In this document: positions 15,484 to 16,255 of the stretch, piece by piece
How positions within the stretch are numbered: position 1 is the first letter of the stretch
Layout of the letters: the number at the start of each line of letters is the position of its first letter
DNA from: a virus
Virus genome (UHGV): UHGV-0338003
Strand: one strand, 5' to 3'
Length of the DNA: 16,255 bases
Translations under genes and position numbers: made by a program
The notes under the pieces: generated by a model
Databases searched by the model: none
The model's input: the letters and a program-made list of their open reading frames with translations, nothing else
Told to the model about the DNA's origin: nothing

Positions 15484-16102
15484 ATGGCAAGACAAACCAA
15501 ACCTCTATCCGTTAAAGAAATCGAATCTGCTAAACCCAAGGAAGCGGACTACGTTCTCTATGATGGCGATGGCCTTGAGCTACTTATCAAATCCAGCGGG
15601 AGTAAAATCTGGCAGTTTCGCTACATTCGCCCTGTCACCAAGAAACGTGCGAAGAAGAGCATAGGCCCCTACCCGTCAGTTACGCTTGCCGATGCCAGAA
15701 ACTACCGGGCAGAGTCACGCTCTCTCCTGGCGAAACAAATCGATCCACAGGAACATCAGCAAGAACAACTTCGCAGTTCGCTTGAAGCTAAAACCAATAC
15801 TTTCCAACTCGTGGCTGAACGATGATGGAATGTGAAGAAAGCCAGCGTGACAGAGGACTATGCCGACGATATCTGGCGCTCTATTGAAGAGATGTCTTTC
15901 CTGCAATTGGCGACGTTAGCGTTACAGATATTAAAGCTCACACACTGGTTCAGGCCGTCCAACCGGTTCAGGCCAGAGGAGCAAAACCGTTTGTCGCCTG
16001 TGCCAGCGCATTAATGAGGTCATGACCTATGCCCAAAACACATGGCTGATTGATGCTGTTCCCAGCGTTAATATTGGTAAAGCCTTCGAGAAGCCTCAGT
16101 AA
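15484..16102 (+). pseudogene. P4-type (IntA-like) integrase, decayed
   Basis: N-terminus MARQTKPL...YDGDGLELLIKSSGSKIWQFRY is the P4-type arm-binding domain. In-frame TGA at 15823-15825. Homology continues in other frames after about 15890 (DVFPAIGD...) and about 15975 (RINEVMTYAQNTW), ending near 16102, far short of a full-length integrase. Confidence 0.7.
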
Positions 16103-16255
16103 AAGAACATGCCCAGCACTGAGAGATCCCCTCATAATTTCCCCAAAACGTAACCATGTGTGAATAGATTTTGAGTAAGCAGGGTTGCAGCCACGAGTGA
16201 GTCTTCCCTTGTTATTGTGTAGCCAGAATGCCGCAAAACTTCCATGCCTAAGCGA

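Overview
This window reads as the early, immunity and integration part of a lambdoid prophage from an E. coli-like enterobacterium, ending at a junction with a partial tmRNA (ssrA) 3' end and a decayed P4-type integrase. From 7147 down to 612 a tightly packed minus-strand operon (many genes overlap by 1-8 nt) encodes Cro-like, CII-like, a small ORF with a frame break, an O-like replication initiator with internal iterons, a PerC-like regulator, a phage Dam methyltransferase, a LexA-N-domain-only protein, RusA, KilA-N, a DUF968 protein and antiterminator Q, followed by a candidate late promoter and terminator. A divergent plus-strand CI repressor (HTH plus S24 peptidase) sits at 7245-7937 behind a three-site operator. 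The plus-strand arm then carries a PL-like promoter, an rrn-type BoxA element, YfdP/YfdQ/YfdR-like genes, an AT-rich membrane protein, xis and int. Three AT-rich moron-like insertions are the best candidates for undescribed accessory or defence functions: a two-gene operon with a HEPN-like protein between int and the att site (13633-14821), a 144-aa gene convergent with a small ORF beside cI (8277-8889), and the membrane protein (11372-12238). All protein family assignments are from reading the translations by eye; no searches were run.
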